Shown in pieces: positions 26,881 to 36,461 of a stretch of 64,000 bases of DNA (positions are counted from its first letter, which is position 1; every line of letters begins with the position of its first letter). A program made the position numbers and the translations under genes. Below the pieces are notes generated by a model, which was not told the DNA's origin, did no database searches, and saw only the letters and a program-made list of their open reading frames with translations. Source of the DNA: Candidatus Doudnabacteria bacterium (GTDB lineage: Bacteria > Patescibacteriota > Doudnabacteria > UBA920); the NCBI GenBank assembly GCA_016788665.1, contig JAEUSF010000002.1, positions 6,006 to 70,005 on the forward strand. Reading direction: 5' to 3'.

Positions 26881-26987
26881 TTGAATGGGGGCAAAGCGAA
26901 GTCTGGTTAGACCGCTTTGCCCGAGTTAAGGTGCGCGCGCATTGCTCGTGGGTGCACGAGCCTGCGCCGCCTTCATAGTCAAGTACG

Positions 26988-27656
26988 TCACGGGAGCTTA
27001 CCCTTGGGCCCAAAGGCGAGCCCGTGAGCGTTGCCTTCGGGATAGAACAACACATCGCCCCGAAGCCCATACTCCCCCCAAGCCTTTTTATTTGCGATGT
27101 TGTGTCCGTCCGCAAACATAGGCTTAAGGTTTGGGTCATGCCCTTTCAGGTAGACCCTTTTACCGTCTGGTCCTACGAGGTAAAGCTTTACCTCGTAGTC
27201 GTGCAGCGAGTTCCGGTACGACCGAGGCAGTACCAGAAGAATGGGCTTGTTCGGCTCGCATTTGTCGAGCTGTGTGAGATACCGAATTTCCCCCTCTATC
27301 TGCTCCGCCGGGCACACGTCCCGCAGCGCCAGCTTGGGATCGCCAAACTTAGCTTTGTCGGCCTCCAGCCTCAGGGTTTCTGCCGCGTAGGTTTCGACGG
27401 CCTTTTGCGAGTTGCCTTTTAAGATTTCACTTTTCACACTCTTGGTCCGCTCGGTAAAGCGATCCTGCAGAGCGCTGTTCACGTCCCGCTGGCGGTTTTG
27501 ATGCGCCGGCACCATAGGCACCTGCGAACGAAAATCCCTCCAGACCGTATAGAGACAGTAACCTATTAGCAATGCAATGATAGTTCCACCGATGACAGGC
27601 AACTTATCCTCAAGCCTATCCCAAAACCCTTTCTTATGAACCACTTCCGTCGACAT
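26988..27656 (-). CDS. Island protein E: single-pass membrane protein with C-terminal globular domain, unknown function
   Basis: Start ATG overlaps the stop of the upstream gene (TAATG); TM helix LPVIGGTIIALLIGYCLYTVW; high-GC codon usage. Confidence 0.5.
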   Translation of the reverse strand: MSTEVVHKKGFWDRLEDKLPVIGGTIIALLIGYCLYTVWRDFRSQVPMVPAHQNRQRDVNSALQDRFTERTKSVKSEILKGNSQKAVETYAAETLRLEADKAKFGDPKLALRDVCPAEQIEGEIRYLTQLDKCEPNKPILLVLPRSYRNSLHDYEVKLYLVGPDGKRVYLKGHDPNLKPMFADGHNIANKKAWGEYGLRGDVLFYPEGNAHGLAFGPKGKLP

Positions 27657-28633
27657 TAGTGTCCTCCTCCATGTCCGTGCGAAGTCTTTTTCCCGAGCCG
27701 TCCCAGCATTAGGATGACTAAAATTGCAATTACCGCATACCCGATGTTCAACGGGTCGTCCCAGCTGATGTACCAATCGGGCAACGACAAGCTGAAGTTC
27801 CAGTTTTGGCTAATCATGCCTCGGATCGAGTAAAACCCGACCGCAGCCATGCTGGCCACAATCAGAACCTTGGCGAACCAGTTGTCCGCCCAAGATAGCG
27901 CGACCAAGCTCACAACGACTGTAAGCAGTAGCCACACTATGTGTGGCATCCCAAGTGGTGCCGGTAAAGGCCCTTTCGGCGCTGGTGGCACCTCAGGTCC
28001 TTTTACCATAGTCATCAAGTCTGCGTGAACCCCGTCGGCGGTTTCAAGCCGCGGACGAAGTTTTGCGAGCTCGGTGCGGAGCTGTTTTTCGGTTAGCCTT
28101 CCTGCAGCGTACTGCTGGTAAAGCTTTAACGTTTCCGCTCCGACCTTGTCACCGAACTGCTCTGCAAGGAGTTCGTTGGTAACAAACAGCTTCTTCCGAG
28201 CCGGCAGGTTCGCCGGTTCGGCTTGTGCCGCGGCATTGAGCAATGCCTTTTCTTTGGCGTTGCTTGCCGCGCTTCCAAGCGCGTCGCTCTGTTGGTACAG
28301 AGCAGTAACTATGGCCTTGTCCACTTCGAGCCACAGCTGTGGCACGAGCGAGACAAGCCAGAATAACATAACCTTGGTTGCCCACGACGCCCACGCGTCG
28401 TGGTTGTTACTCAAGACTCGCGCCAGCATGGAAAGCGCGAGCGCGAGCGGCAAACCCTGCTGGACGGCAACAACCGCCCAAGCGCTCTGCGTGTGTCCTA
28501 CGAAGTAGGCACACGCGACCAGCATGAGCAGCAGCACGAGCCACCACTCTTTCAGAATCTGCATAGGGTTAGCACCGGTCCCGGTGGGAGCCGGCGCGGG
28601 GGTCGTTGCGGTCGTGTGAGCGTGTTCGCTCAT
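27656..28633 (-). CDS. Island protein D: polytopic membrane protein, unknown function
   Basis: At least six hydrophobic helices; ends GHGGGH; GC-rich. Confidence 0.5.
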   Translation of the reverse strand: MSEHAHTTATTPAPAPTGTGANPMQILKEWWLVLLLMLVACAYFVGHTQSAWAVVAVQQGLPLALALSMLARVLSNNHDAWASWATKVMLFWLVSLVPQLWLEVDKAIVTALYQQSDALGSAASNAKEKALLNAAAQAEPANLPARKKLFVTNELLAEQFGDKVGAETLKLYQQYAAGRLTEKQLRTELAKLRPRLETADGVHADLMTMVKGPEVPPAPKGPLPAPLGMPHIVWLLLTVVVSLVALSWADNWFAKVLIVASMAAVGFYSIRGMISQNWNFSLSLPDWYISWDDPLNIGYAVIAILVILMLGRLGKKTSHGHGGGH

Positions 28634-28642
28634 GCAAGCCTC

Positions 28643-30145
28643 CTAAAAAAGTGGTTTCAAAAACGGGAAGTACCGCGTTAACACATGGCCGACCAGGTTC
28701 ATAGCTACCTCAACCATGATGTCCTTCTCAATAAACTCCCGCCACGATTCCCGGCCAAGCGGCGCAGGCCTCGCGTGTGGCTTGTGTTCCGCGTGTTCTT
28801 CAACTGGGGGTTTCTCTCCTACGTTTTCACCGTTTTTCTTACGGTATACGACGTAAACTCCTTCATATTTTCGCCGTTCAGCGACAAGCTCTACGGCTTC
28901 CCGCTTGTGGGCGAACCTTCCCTTTGCGGCCGCACTGGCTTGCCCTACCTCATCGGCAAGACAAACCGGAACCCAAAAAATCCAGAACAATATCCAGTAA
29001 AGGAGCCAGAAGCCCACGCGGGCTAAAGGCCGTCCTTCATGTATGGCGCGAAATGGGATAACAATAGCCACCGCTTCGGAAAGCAGCGACGGTTTACCCG
29101 TCTTTTTAGCTTCGGGTTTTAGAGCCGGCAAGCTGTCCGGTTCCTCCGAAAAGGACCCGAGTTGGCTTTCCAGTGCCTTGCGGCGAGCATCCTGCTTTTC
29201 GCGAGGCGATGCCGAATTCTCGACTACCGTCTCTTCCTGCGTGCCGCGAGGGTTAAAGAGCAAGCTCAGCAACCCATACGACATGTAGAGAGAACTCCAA
29301 ACCCCGAGCCAGAAAATCAGGCCTAGGAGTTTGTTGTTGTTCCGCCGCCACTTTTCACCACACCAAGCATAAAAACCCTGCTCTGCATGGTGACCGTGAT
29401 GGCCAGCATGCCCTGCGTGTCCACCATGCTCATGAGCATGGCCATGGAGAACAGCCGCTACGTTCAGGTCGAGCATGTCTGCCCGGTGAACGTATACCGT
29501 TTCCTCGCCGTTAACCTGGAACCTGGAACTAAAAGTTCCTTGTTCCGAGGTTGCAATTCGGGTGCCGCTAAAAACAACGTCGGCCTTACAGCCAACACCG
29601 TCTTCAAACGTCTGCCCTTCCAGGCTCCATGCGTCTTCGGTCCCCGACACGGGGACAAAGCGAGTGTAGAGCGCGTAAACCGGGTCGGAGGACTTTGCAG
29701 CCTTAGGCTTTTCAGCCGTTGGCGGCACTTGTCCGGCCGCAGAACCTGCCGGTTGTTCTTCCGGCAAATCTGCAACGAACTCATCGGCGCCGAGCTTGAC
29801 GCCAACTTTTTTTAGCGCCTCTTTTTTATAGGCGCTTAAGTCAATGCCCGCTACCACCCCTTCTCCGTCTACCACTGAGAGAGTATAAACCTCTCCCCCA
29901 GTCTTGGACGGGTCTGGAATGGAATAAGCGCAAGGATCCGATGCCGGACCAAAGCACAAGGGGAACTCATGCGTCTGTCCCTGTCCGTTCAGGTAATACT
30001 TCACCCGAACGATTAGGGAAGACATTGTTCCCGAAACAAACAACCTTAGGTCCTTTTTTGGACCCTGATGCTGTTGCTGCTGCGGGTTTCCGCCTCCTCC
30101 TCCACCACCACCACCTGTGCGGTTGCGGTTTTGATTATTTCTCAT
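28643..30145 (-). CDS. Island protein C: membrane protein with poly-Gly/Gln N-terminus and a His-rich metal-binding-like segment (HGHAHEHGGHAGHAGHHGHH)
   Basis: Internal Met with GGAGGA SD 9 nt upstream; TM helices after the His-rich segment. Confidence 0.5.
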   Translation of the reverse strand: MRNNQNRNRTGGGGGGGGGNPQQQQHQGPKKDLRLFVSGTMSSLIVRVKYYLNGQGQTHEFPLCFGPASDPCAYSIPDPSKTGGEVYTLSVVDGEGVVAGIDLSAYKKEALKKVGVKLGADEFVADLPEEQPAGSAAGQVPPTAEKPKAAKSSDPVYALYTRFVPVSGTEDAWSLEGQTFEDGVGCKADVVFSGTRIATSEQGTFSSRFQVNGEETVYVHRADMLDLNVAAVLHGHAHEHGGHAGHAGHHGHHAEQGFYAWCGEKWRRNNNKLLGLIFWLGVWSSLYMSYGLLSLLFNPRGTQEETVVENSASPREKQDARRKALESQLGSFSEEPDSLPALKPEAKKTGKPSLLSEAVAIVIPFRAIHEGRPLARVGFWLLYWILFWIFWVPVCLADEVGQASAAAKGRFAHKREAVELVAERRKYEGVYVVYRKKNGENVGEKPPVEEHAEHKPHARPAPLGRESWREFIEKDIMVEVAMNLVGHVLTRYFPFLKPLF

Positions 30146-30563
30146 ACTTGACTTTCCTCCTACGGAAATGTCAAAGATCTCTTCTTGAGCGGTAAGTAAA
30201 CCGGTCTCAAGGATTCCACAAAAGTGGAATATCACCTTACGGTGAGTAAAACCTTGTAAAAGTGGTGCCCAATGTAAAACCCCGCTTTTTAGGGCGGGGC
30301 AAAACATTAGAATTTACAAGGTTTTGCCCACCACAAGCAAAAACATAAAAATATTCAATTATTTAATTTTTTAAACTAGCTAATTGCTGTAAATAAAATA
30401 ATTTTACTTACACCACCCAACTAATTCATGTATTGATTTTTCACTTACTACTTACTACGAGCTACCAGCTACTAGCTAGAAAATGGGGGGAAAGTTTATA
30501 AGCTCTCCCCCGCCTTTGTTATGTGTCTCCCGCCCTGTCCGTAGACAGTTTGGGAGAAAAGCG

Positions 30564-32165
30564 TTACTTCTTCGTGACAGGCAGATTCCAGGTTTGGATC
30601 TCTGCCTGGACTTCCTGCGCCTTGGTGGCCGCGTCGGGGTTGACGAGCGCCGTCTTTGGCGGCGTGTCTTTCCCAAGCAACCTCTTCTTACCCGGCTCCA
30701 CCACAAATGTGGTGTTACCGATTCCGGCAACAGCTTCAGCGAGCTTGACGGTTTCACCCGCCAGCTTGCCAAGACCCTCGCCGACAGGCTTAACCTCTTC
30801 GCGAACAATCTCCTTCACCCGGTCTTCCGACACGCCTTCCGACATGCCGTCAACCTTAGCCTGGAGAGCGTCAACCTTCTTTTGAGCCGCCTCGGCCTTC
30901 GCCTCGAGGAGCTTGTAACGCGTGTCTTCGAAGACCGCTCCCTTCACTCGCTTTTCGCGAGCCTGTTCAATCGCCGCAATAGCTTCCTTGCTCGTCCCCG
31001 CTTTCGAGGACGAAAGGAGCTGGATGAGTTTATTGTAATCCAGACCAAGCTCCTGGGCTTGACCCAACAGATACGACCTGAACAACTTCTCTTCGCCGGC
31101 GTTTCCGCCCACCATCTGCTTAATTGTGACCGCCATGCGGTCACGACTAATCCATTCGCCTGCAGAAACAATTTCCAAGGAAGCTTCCACTTCCTTGCCG
31201 TCGATTTTAACGGTGGGGTAATCACGCTTGGCGCCCGAAGACGCCTTAATCTTGAAACTAAATCCGCCGGGAACCGTTTTGACATCGGTAACAGCAATAT
31301 TGCTGTCCACGACCTCAATCGTCTTCCCGACAACACCTCGGCATACCATGGCGATTTCAGTTCCATCATCCGGAACTGCGTTGTTACGATACTCAGGGTC
31401 ACCGCAAGTGACCTTCGGTCCGGCAGCACGAACATCCGCCACCGCTCCAAACAGGAGCAGCAGAGCTACTGCGTGAGACGCCATGCCCTTTGCGGCACCC
31501 TTGCCCTTGCTCTTAATGAGCGAAAGGCCCATGAAGACAACAAAAATAATAAACGCTCCGATAGCTCCATACTTCAACAAAGAAAGCACGGCGCTCACCT
31601 GCTCAGACAAGTCCTTGACCTGCTTTTGCAGATCCGCGACCTGCTCCTTCCCAGCAGGACCTGCAAAGAGGGCCCGGATCGCATCTGCCCTGGTCTCTAG
31701 GCTTTCCAGCCGAGAGTCCAAGTCGTCCAGGTTGGTCTTCTTCTCAACCACATGGACTGTTATCTCACTCTCCCCCTCAACTTTAGGCTCGGACGAGTCC
31801 GAAACCTTGACCTTGAGGGTTATATCCCCGGCCTTGTCCGGCTCCACCACCAACTTATACTGGTCGGCGTGGTCCCCGACCGCCTCGAGTTTTGCCCCGA
31901 CGGAATCGGGGTCAACCGACGCGGACAATGTTGCCGTGTAGGGGGCCTTACCCCCCTTGATCGCAACGGTGACCGACGCCGGGCCACGGCTGGCCTCGAG
32001 TGTCCCGAACTCGGGGACGCTGACGGTGAGACCACCAACCGCCGGAGCAGCGGGCGCCTCCTTCGAAGCGCCAGCAGCCTTACGGCTACGCTGGGCAAAC
32101 ATTTTGTCAGTCGAGCCCGCGAGAAACGCGAGCGTTAGAAGCAGAGAAAAAACAAAACGGGACAT
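30564..32165 (-). CDS. Island protein B: large secreted/membrane protein, unknown function
   Basis: AAGGAG SD then MSRFVFSLLLTLAFLAGS signal peptide; internal TM helix; Ala/Val/Lys-rich. Confidence 0.5.
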   Translation of the reverse strand: MSRFVFSLLLTLAFLAGSTDKMFAQRSRKAAGASKEAPAAPAVGGLTVSVPEFGTLEASRGPASVTVAIKGGKAPYTATLSASVDPDSVGAKLEAVGDHADQYKLVVEPDKAGDITLKVKVSDSSEPKVEGESEITVHVVEKKTNLDDLDSRLESLETRADAIRALFAGPAGKEQVADLQKQVKDLSEQVSAVLSLLKYGAIGAFIIFVVFMGLSLIKSKGKGAAKGMASHAVALLLLFGAVADVRAAGPKVTCGDPEYRNNAVPDDGTEIAMVCRGVVGKTIEVVDSNIAVTDVKTVPGGFSFKIKASSGAKRDYPTVKIDGKEVEASLEIVSAGEWISRDRMAVTIKQMVGGNAGEEKLFRSYLLGQAQELGLDYNKLIQLLSSSKAGTSKEAIAAIEQAREKRVKGAVFEDTRYKLLEAKAEAAQKKVDALQAKVDGMSEGVSEDRVKEIVREEVKPVGEGLGKLAGETVKLAEAVAGIGNTTFVVEPGKKRLLGKDTPPKTALVNPDAATKAQEVQAEIQTWNLPVTKK

Positions 32166-32732
32166 GGACCACTCCTTGTGAACTTGAACAGAATTCAGAG
32201 GGGACGCCTCTGGCTTTGGGACAAATGGCGTCCTCTGCAAAAAAGTTTCAAGCACGCAATTTTACAGCCGACACTTAGTCAAATGTAAAGTGCGCTAAAA
32301 TAAAAACCTTTTTGCAAAGGACCACCACCTTCCACCTAACATCCGCAAAATCTGCAGCTATCTGCGTATCTGCGAATTGTAACGCTTTTAATCCTCCTAA
32401 TAAATTTATTTAATGTACAAGCCCGAATAGAAATTCCAGGCTCATATCTTTAGCTAAAACAAGCCAATTAGCTAAAAATATGAACCAAGCTATATATAGT
32501 ATTAAATTGACATATAATTATACTAGATTTGACCTAAAAAGTCAATATTTAGTCTGTTTATTGCTCATATTTAAAGCAAAAAAAATTTTCACTCCCTATT
32601 TTATAGCCGAAAACAGGCCATGGATGCATATACACCCATGGCCAAAATGCCTTAAAAGGCTAGTTGTACAAGGAGAGTGGCTTTTGCCTTTTTTGAGTAG
32701 AAAGGCATGTTCGCACGCAGATACTAAAATCT

Positions 32733-33590
32733 TTAGGTTTCGGGAGGGGGTTCTTCTGGAGATACTACGTTTCTTGTGGGCTTGTTTGCCCTAACGGTCT
32801 CCTCCCCACTATACCCGCTTGGAGGCTGTTTGCGCCGCGCCTTTTTATACCAAGGCCCAAACTCTTCTTCACCGTACCCGGTCTCGTTAAACTGCCTATA
32901 CTTGTAAGTCCACTGAAGCCTGCCGCTCCGCCAAAGCCAAACTATCATTCCAATCGTGCTCAGCAAGAGCAAAATTCCCAAAAGCCAAACGGTATTTCCA
33001 CGGCTCCACCGCACATTTTCAAACGGCTTCTTCCAGAGAGGCGGACGCTTTGGGGCAATAGGTTTTTTTACCACACCCGAACCCGCCAAAGACTCCAGCC
33101 GGGAAATTTCGGTCCTCTGGGCTATAACCTCTTTGCCCAAAGTACCTAGCTGTGCTCTTAAAGAAGCAACTTCTGCTTCCAAAGCATCAACCTTCCGCTC
33201 AAGCCCCCGCATTTTAAGCCCGCCGTCTTCTTCCGGCTTAACCAAGCCCGCCGTTCTGCCTCTTATGTTTCTTCCAGAAGCAGAAGAATGGCGCGCAAAG
33301 GCACCAAGCTCCTTCAAAAGCAGTTTGGCGGTTAAGCTCTGGCTTGGCTTTGCGTCTTTGGGCAAAAGAAAAAACTTGTTATGCAGTTTGCGGTAAAGTT
33401 TCGGGTCAAGCACACGCCCGTTTTCATCCTGCAAGGCATAAAGCAAATAAACGCTCTTGCCCGCCCGATTTAAATCCGCCATGGGTCCGTACTTGCTTGC
33501 TGCTATCCGCTCGACGTTGTGAGCAAAAACCTGAAACACGCACACCAAAAGTCCCAACACTGCACACCGCACTGTCCTTGTAACTAACAC
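32733..33590 (-). CDS. Island protein A: signal-peptide protein with coiled-coil and C-proximal TM helix (GTG start)
   Basis: AGGAGG SD 9 nt before GTG; MLVTRTVRCAVLGLLVCVFQVFA signal peptide. Confidence 0.5.
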   Translation of the reverse strand: MLVTRTVRCAVLGLLVCVFQVFAHNVERIAASKYGPMADLNRAGKSVYLLYALQDENGRVLDPKLYRKLHNKFFLLPKDAKPSQSLTAKLLLKELGAFARHSSASGRNIRGRTAGLVKPEEDGGLKMRGLERKVDALEAEVASLRAQLGTLGKEVIAQRTEISRLESLAGSGVVKKPIAPKRPPLWKKPFENVRWSRGNTVWLLGILLLLSTIGMIVWLWRSGRLQWTYKYRQFNETGYGEEEFGPWYKKARRKQPPSGYSGEETVRANKPTRNVVSPEEPPPET

Positions 33591-33724
33591 TTTTACTTGC
33601 CTCCTTAGAATTTTTAAAGCCTCATTTTTTGCGGCCTTAGGCTTTGACGCATTATTTAAAATGCGTCAAAACCAAAAACAGCCAACTTTCAAATTAGAGA
33701 GTAAGCCCAAAACCTTGAATATAA

Positions 33725-33750
33725 ATTAAAACCACTCTATTTTTAGAGTG
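33725..33750 (-). terminator. Rho-independent terminator after ftsA (ACCACTCTA ttttt TAGAGTGGT)
   Basis: 9-bp perfect stem followed on the minus strand by TTTAATTTATATT. Confidence 0.65.
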
Positions 33751-33767
33751 GTCTTAAAGAAAAAACA

Positions 33768-35015
33768 TTATGGCAATAAAGATTTAAGCCAACGCTTGGC
33801 TTTTTCTAGTGCGGGATTTTTCAAAAAAGCACCCAAGGAATTTTCAAGTCTTCCACTCGAAACAGTTCCATACTTTTGGCCCCACAAAACTAACCCCACC
33901 GCTGTAGCAAAAGCAGGTTCGCTAACCCTGTCTATAACCGTTTCTACGTTTTGACTAACGCCCAAAGCCGAAGGAAGGCGCAAATGCTTTTTGGCAAAGT
34001 CTACCACCCCGGGCAAATGGCTACCCCCGCCCGTTAAAACTATACCCGCTGGCAATTTCCCGTCTCTATTTATGCGTTTTAATTCCGCAATAACACGGTC
34101 GAAAATTTCTTCCAGCCGGGCTTCAATTATTTCCACAACCAAACCTCTTAAAGTGGTCTGCTGTTCAGACTGGTCTATTTGGTTTAAGAAGATTTCTTCG
34201 TTTTTATCTATAGCCTTTATATCGCAGTGCCCATACAACAGCTTTACCTTTTCTGCCGTTTCAATACTTGTCCTAAGCCCTATGGCAATGTCGTTGGTCA
34301 TATGCTGGCTGCCAATTGGGATAATTGAAGTATGCATTAAATCACCCTCTTCGTATACAGAAACTGCCGTAGTACCCGCGCCCAAATCTACCACACAGAC
34401 CCCCAAGTCTTTTTGTCTTTTACTTAAAACGCTTTCGGAAGCCGCTAAAACGCCCAGAACCAGCTCATTTATTTCCAAGCCCGCCTGCATAACGCAACGG
34501 CTTAAGTTTTTTATAAATGGGCTACCCGCCTGCACAATTATACTTTCGACTTCTAAACGAATACCACTCATACCAGCCGGATCTTTTATACCACTCTGGC
34601 CGTCTAGAGTAAAACTTTTTGGAAAAACGTGTAAAACTTCTCGGTTAGAAGGTATAGATATTGCCTGGCTGGCATCTACCACCCTAACAATATCTGCTTC
34701 GGTAATTTCGCCATCAGCTCTAGAAACTGCTATGACCCCATGGGAATTCTGGGACGTAACATGACTGCCTGAAACAGAAATATTTGCCGAATCAACTGGC
34801 ACACCTGTCATTCTCTCCACCCGTTCCAAAGCAGTAGAAATACAAGAAACCGCCTCCTCAATGTCCACCACCACACCTTTCCTCAGACCAGCCGAAGGAA
34901 CCTCGGCCGCACCTATAATTTGCACACTCAAACCGTCAGGCTTCACTTTGCCCTGAACAGCCCTAATATGACTAGTGCCTATGTCGAGACCTGTAATGTA
35001 TGATTCTTTTGCCAT
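33768..35015 (-). CDS. ftsA: Cell division protein FtsA
   Basis: Actin-like ATPase, ITGLDIGTSHIRAV...; 415 aa. Confidence 0.85.
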   Translation of the reverse strand: MAKESYITGLDIGTSHIRAVQGKVKPDGLSVQIIGAAEVPSAGLRKGVVVDIEEAVSCISTALERVERMTGVPVDSANISVSGSHVTSQNSHGVIAVSRADGEITEADIVRVVDASQAISIPSNREVLHVFPKSFTLDGQSGIKDPAGMSGIRLEVESIIVQAGSPFIKNLSRCVMQAGLEINELVLGVLAASESVLSKRQKDLGVCVVDLGAGTTAVSVYEEGDLMHTSIIPIGSQHMTNDIAIGLRTSIETAEKVKLLYGHCDIKAIDKNEEIFLNQIDQSEQQTTLRGLVVEIIEARLEEIFDRVIAELKRINRDGKLPAGIVLTGGGSHLPGVVDFAKKHLRLPSALGVSQNVETVIDRVSEPAFATAVGLVLWGQKYGTVSSGRLENSLGAFLKNPALEKAKRWLKSLLP

Positions 35016-35046
35016 TCAAAAGATGGAATTAGGAAGTAAGAATTAT
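35005..35046. repeat. Heptad repeat leader (GGAATTA GGAAGTA AGAATTA TGAAGTA) abutting the ftsA start; near-identical to the 45672-45704 element before topA
   Basis: Direct comparison: TTACTTCATAATTCTTACTTCNTAATTCCAT is shared. Confidence 0.7.
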
Positions 35047-35078
35047 GAAGTAAAAATTTACAACATAAACTCACAAAT

Positions 35079-35522
35079 TTATTTTAGTTTTTCTTTCAGT
35101 ACCTTTGCCAAGCTTGCACCGTCGGCATTATTGCCCGCCTTTGCCTTTAAAACTCCCATGGCTTTTCCAAAGTCAGCCGCGATAAAGCCACCTTCCGCAA
35201 TAACAGCGTCAGCTATTTTGCCCAATTCTTCTTCAGACATTTGGGGTGGTAAAAATTTAGACAAAATTTCCGCTTCTGCTAGCTCTTTGTCCTTTGCTTC
35301 CACATTCCCACCCTTTTCAAAGCCCTGCGCCGCTTCTTTACGTTTTTTTATTTCTGAACGGACCAAAGCCAAAATTTCATCTTCCCCCAAATCTTCAACC
35401 ATTTTAGAAACCTTCTCATTTTGAATACGGGTTTTTAAACCGCGTAAAACGCCCACCGCCACTGAATCCTTGGCCTTCATGGCAGTTATCATATCTTTTT
35501 CTATTTGTTGTAATGAAATCAT
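35079..35522 (-). CDS. GatB/YqeY domain protein
   Basis: MISLQQIEKDMITAMKAKD... family N-terminus (internal Met chosen); downstream of rpsU as in many bacteria. Confidence 0.7.
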   Translation of the reverse strand: MISLQQIEKDMITAMKAKDSVAVGVLRGLKTRIQNEKVSKMVEDLGEDEILALVRSEIKKRKEAAQGFEKGGNVEAKDKELAEAEILSKFLPPQMSEEELGKIADAVIAEGGFIAADFGKAMGVLKAKAGNNADGASLAKVLKEKLK

Positions 35523-35539
35523 GTTTATAATTTCAAATC

Positions 35540-35600
35540 TCAAATTACAAACTTCATCCGCCATTGGAGGATGAAATTTGATATTTGGAATTTGTTATTT
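35540..35600. repeat. Imperfect 26-bp-arm inverted repeat built from heptads (GAAATTT GATATTT GGAATTT GTTATTT)
   Basis: 21 of 26 arm positions pair; lies between rpsU and yqeY. Confidence 0.55.
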
Positions 35601-35850
35601 ATCTTCTGCCAAACCTTCTGGTCGGCACTATTAGCTTACCTTGTTTTTTAAGCTCTTCTTTTTCTGCTTTAATTTGGGCTCTTCGGCGCGCAGCGACTCT
35701 TTGTAAATTACGGGACTTAGTGCTCTGGAAAAAACGAGTTTTTCTGGCACGAATAAGCACGCCGCTCTGCTGGATTTTGCGGTTAAATCTTCTTAACAAG
35801 CTGTCGAACGATTCGTTGTCTTTACGTTTTACTTCTACCAATCTACTCAC
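35599..35850 (-). CDS. rpsU: 30S ribosomal protein S21
   Basis: MSRLVEVKRKDNESFDSLLRRFNRKIQQSGVL... Confidence 0.8.
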   Translation of the reverse strand: MSRLVEVKRKDNESFDSLLRRFNRKIQQSGVLIRARKTRFFQSTKSRNLQRVAARRRAQIKAEKEELKKQGKLIVPTRRFGRR

Positions 35851-35954
35851 ACTCCTTTCAAAAGTGAGGAACAGGTTTAGAACAAATTCCTAAATACAAT
35901 TCCCGGTAGGTTAAAAATCTTCAATTATTATAAAATAATTTTAGTTTTTGGTCA

Positions 35955-36062
35955 AATATGCTTACTGGAGTTAGGAATTTGGAAGTAGGAATTAAAAACA
36001 CCTTCATAATATGAAGGTGTTTAGTACGAACTCCTAACTCCTAACTCCTAATTCCAACTTCT
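35955..36062. repeat. Compound element: perfect hairpin AACACCTTCAtaatatGAAGGTGTT flanked by (GGAGTTA)n/(AACTCCT)x3 heptad arrays in inverted orientation
   Basis: Direct reading. Confidence 0.65.
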
Positions 36063-36073
36063 TGACTCCAAGC

Positions 36074-36409
36074 CTATTCTGGCAGCTTCTTTCCTCCCAG
36101 CAAGTGCAAGTGCAAGTGCGGAATAACCATACCCCCGTCGCGTCCGACATTAAATATTAACTTATAACCCGTCTCCCCAACCCCGAATTTCTCTGCCATT
36201 TCCTTAGCTGCAAAAACCAGTTTTCCCATAAGCAGCTCGTCTTCCGGCTTTGTGTGATGCACGGAAACAATATGTTTTTTAGGTATGGCCAACAAATGCA
36301 CAGGGGCTTTGGGTAAAATATCGCGTATAACAATCAGGTCATCATTTTCCAGCAACACCGGCGCTTCAATAGTTTTATTTACAATATTACAAAATACACA
36401 ATCTTCCAT
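36074..36409 (-). CDS. HIT-family nucleotide hydrolase
   Basis: Histidine triad HLHLHLL. Confidence 0.8.
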   Translation of the reverse strand: MEDCVFCNIVNKTIEAPVLLENDDLIVIRDILPKAPVHLLAIPKKHIVSVHHTKPEDELLMGKLVFAAKEMAEKFGVGETGYKLIFNVGRDGGMVIPHLHLHLLGGKKLPE

Positions 36410-36461
36410 TTTTTTGCTTACCAGCTGACCTGCTTATAAGCTTGTCAGCTATTAATTTTGC

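Noticed and set aside
28146-33583. Numerous long ORFs on the plus strand and in alternative minus frames inside the high-GC island (for example 30483-31700 at 405 aa, 28685-29026, 31483-31941 and 32956-33396)
   Set aside because: These are shadow ORFs created by high GC, which lowers stop-codon frequency. They lack SD sequences and hydrophobic or signal features. Their translations are low-complexity Arg/Ser/Pro-rich. They are fully overlapped by the longer minus-strand genes, which do have SDs and signal peptides.
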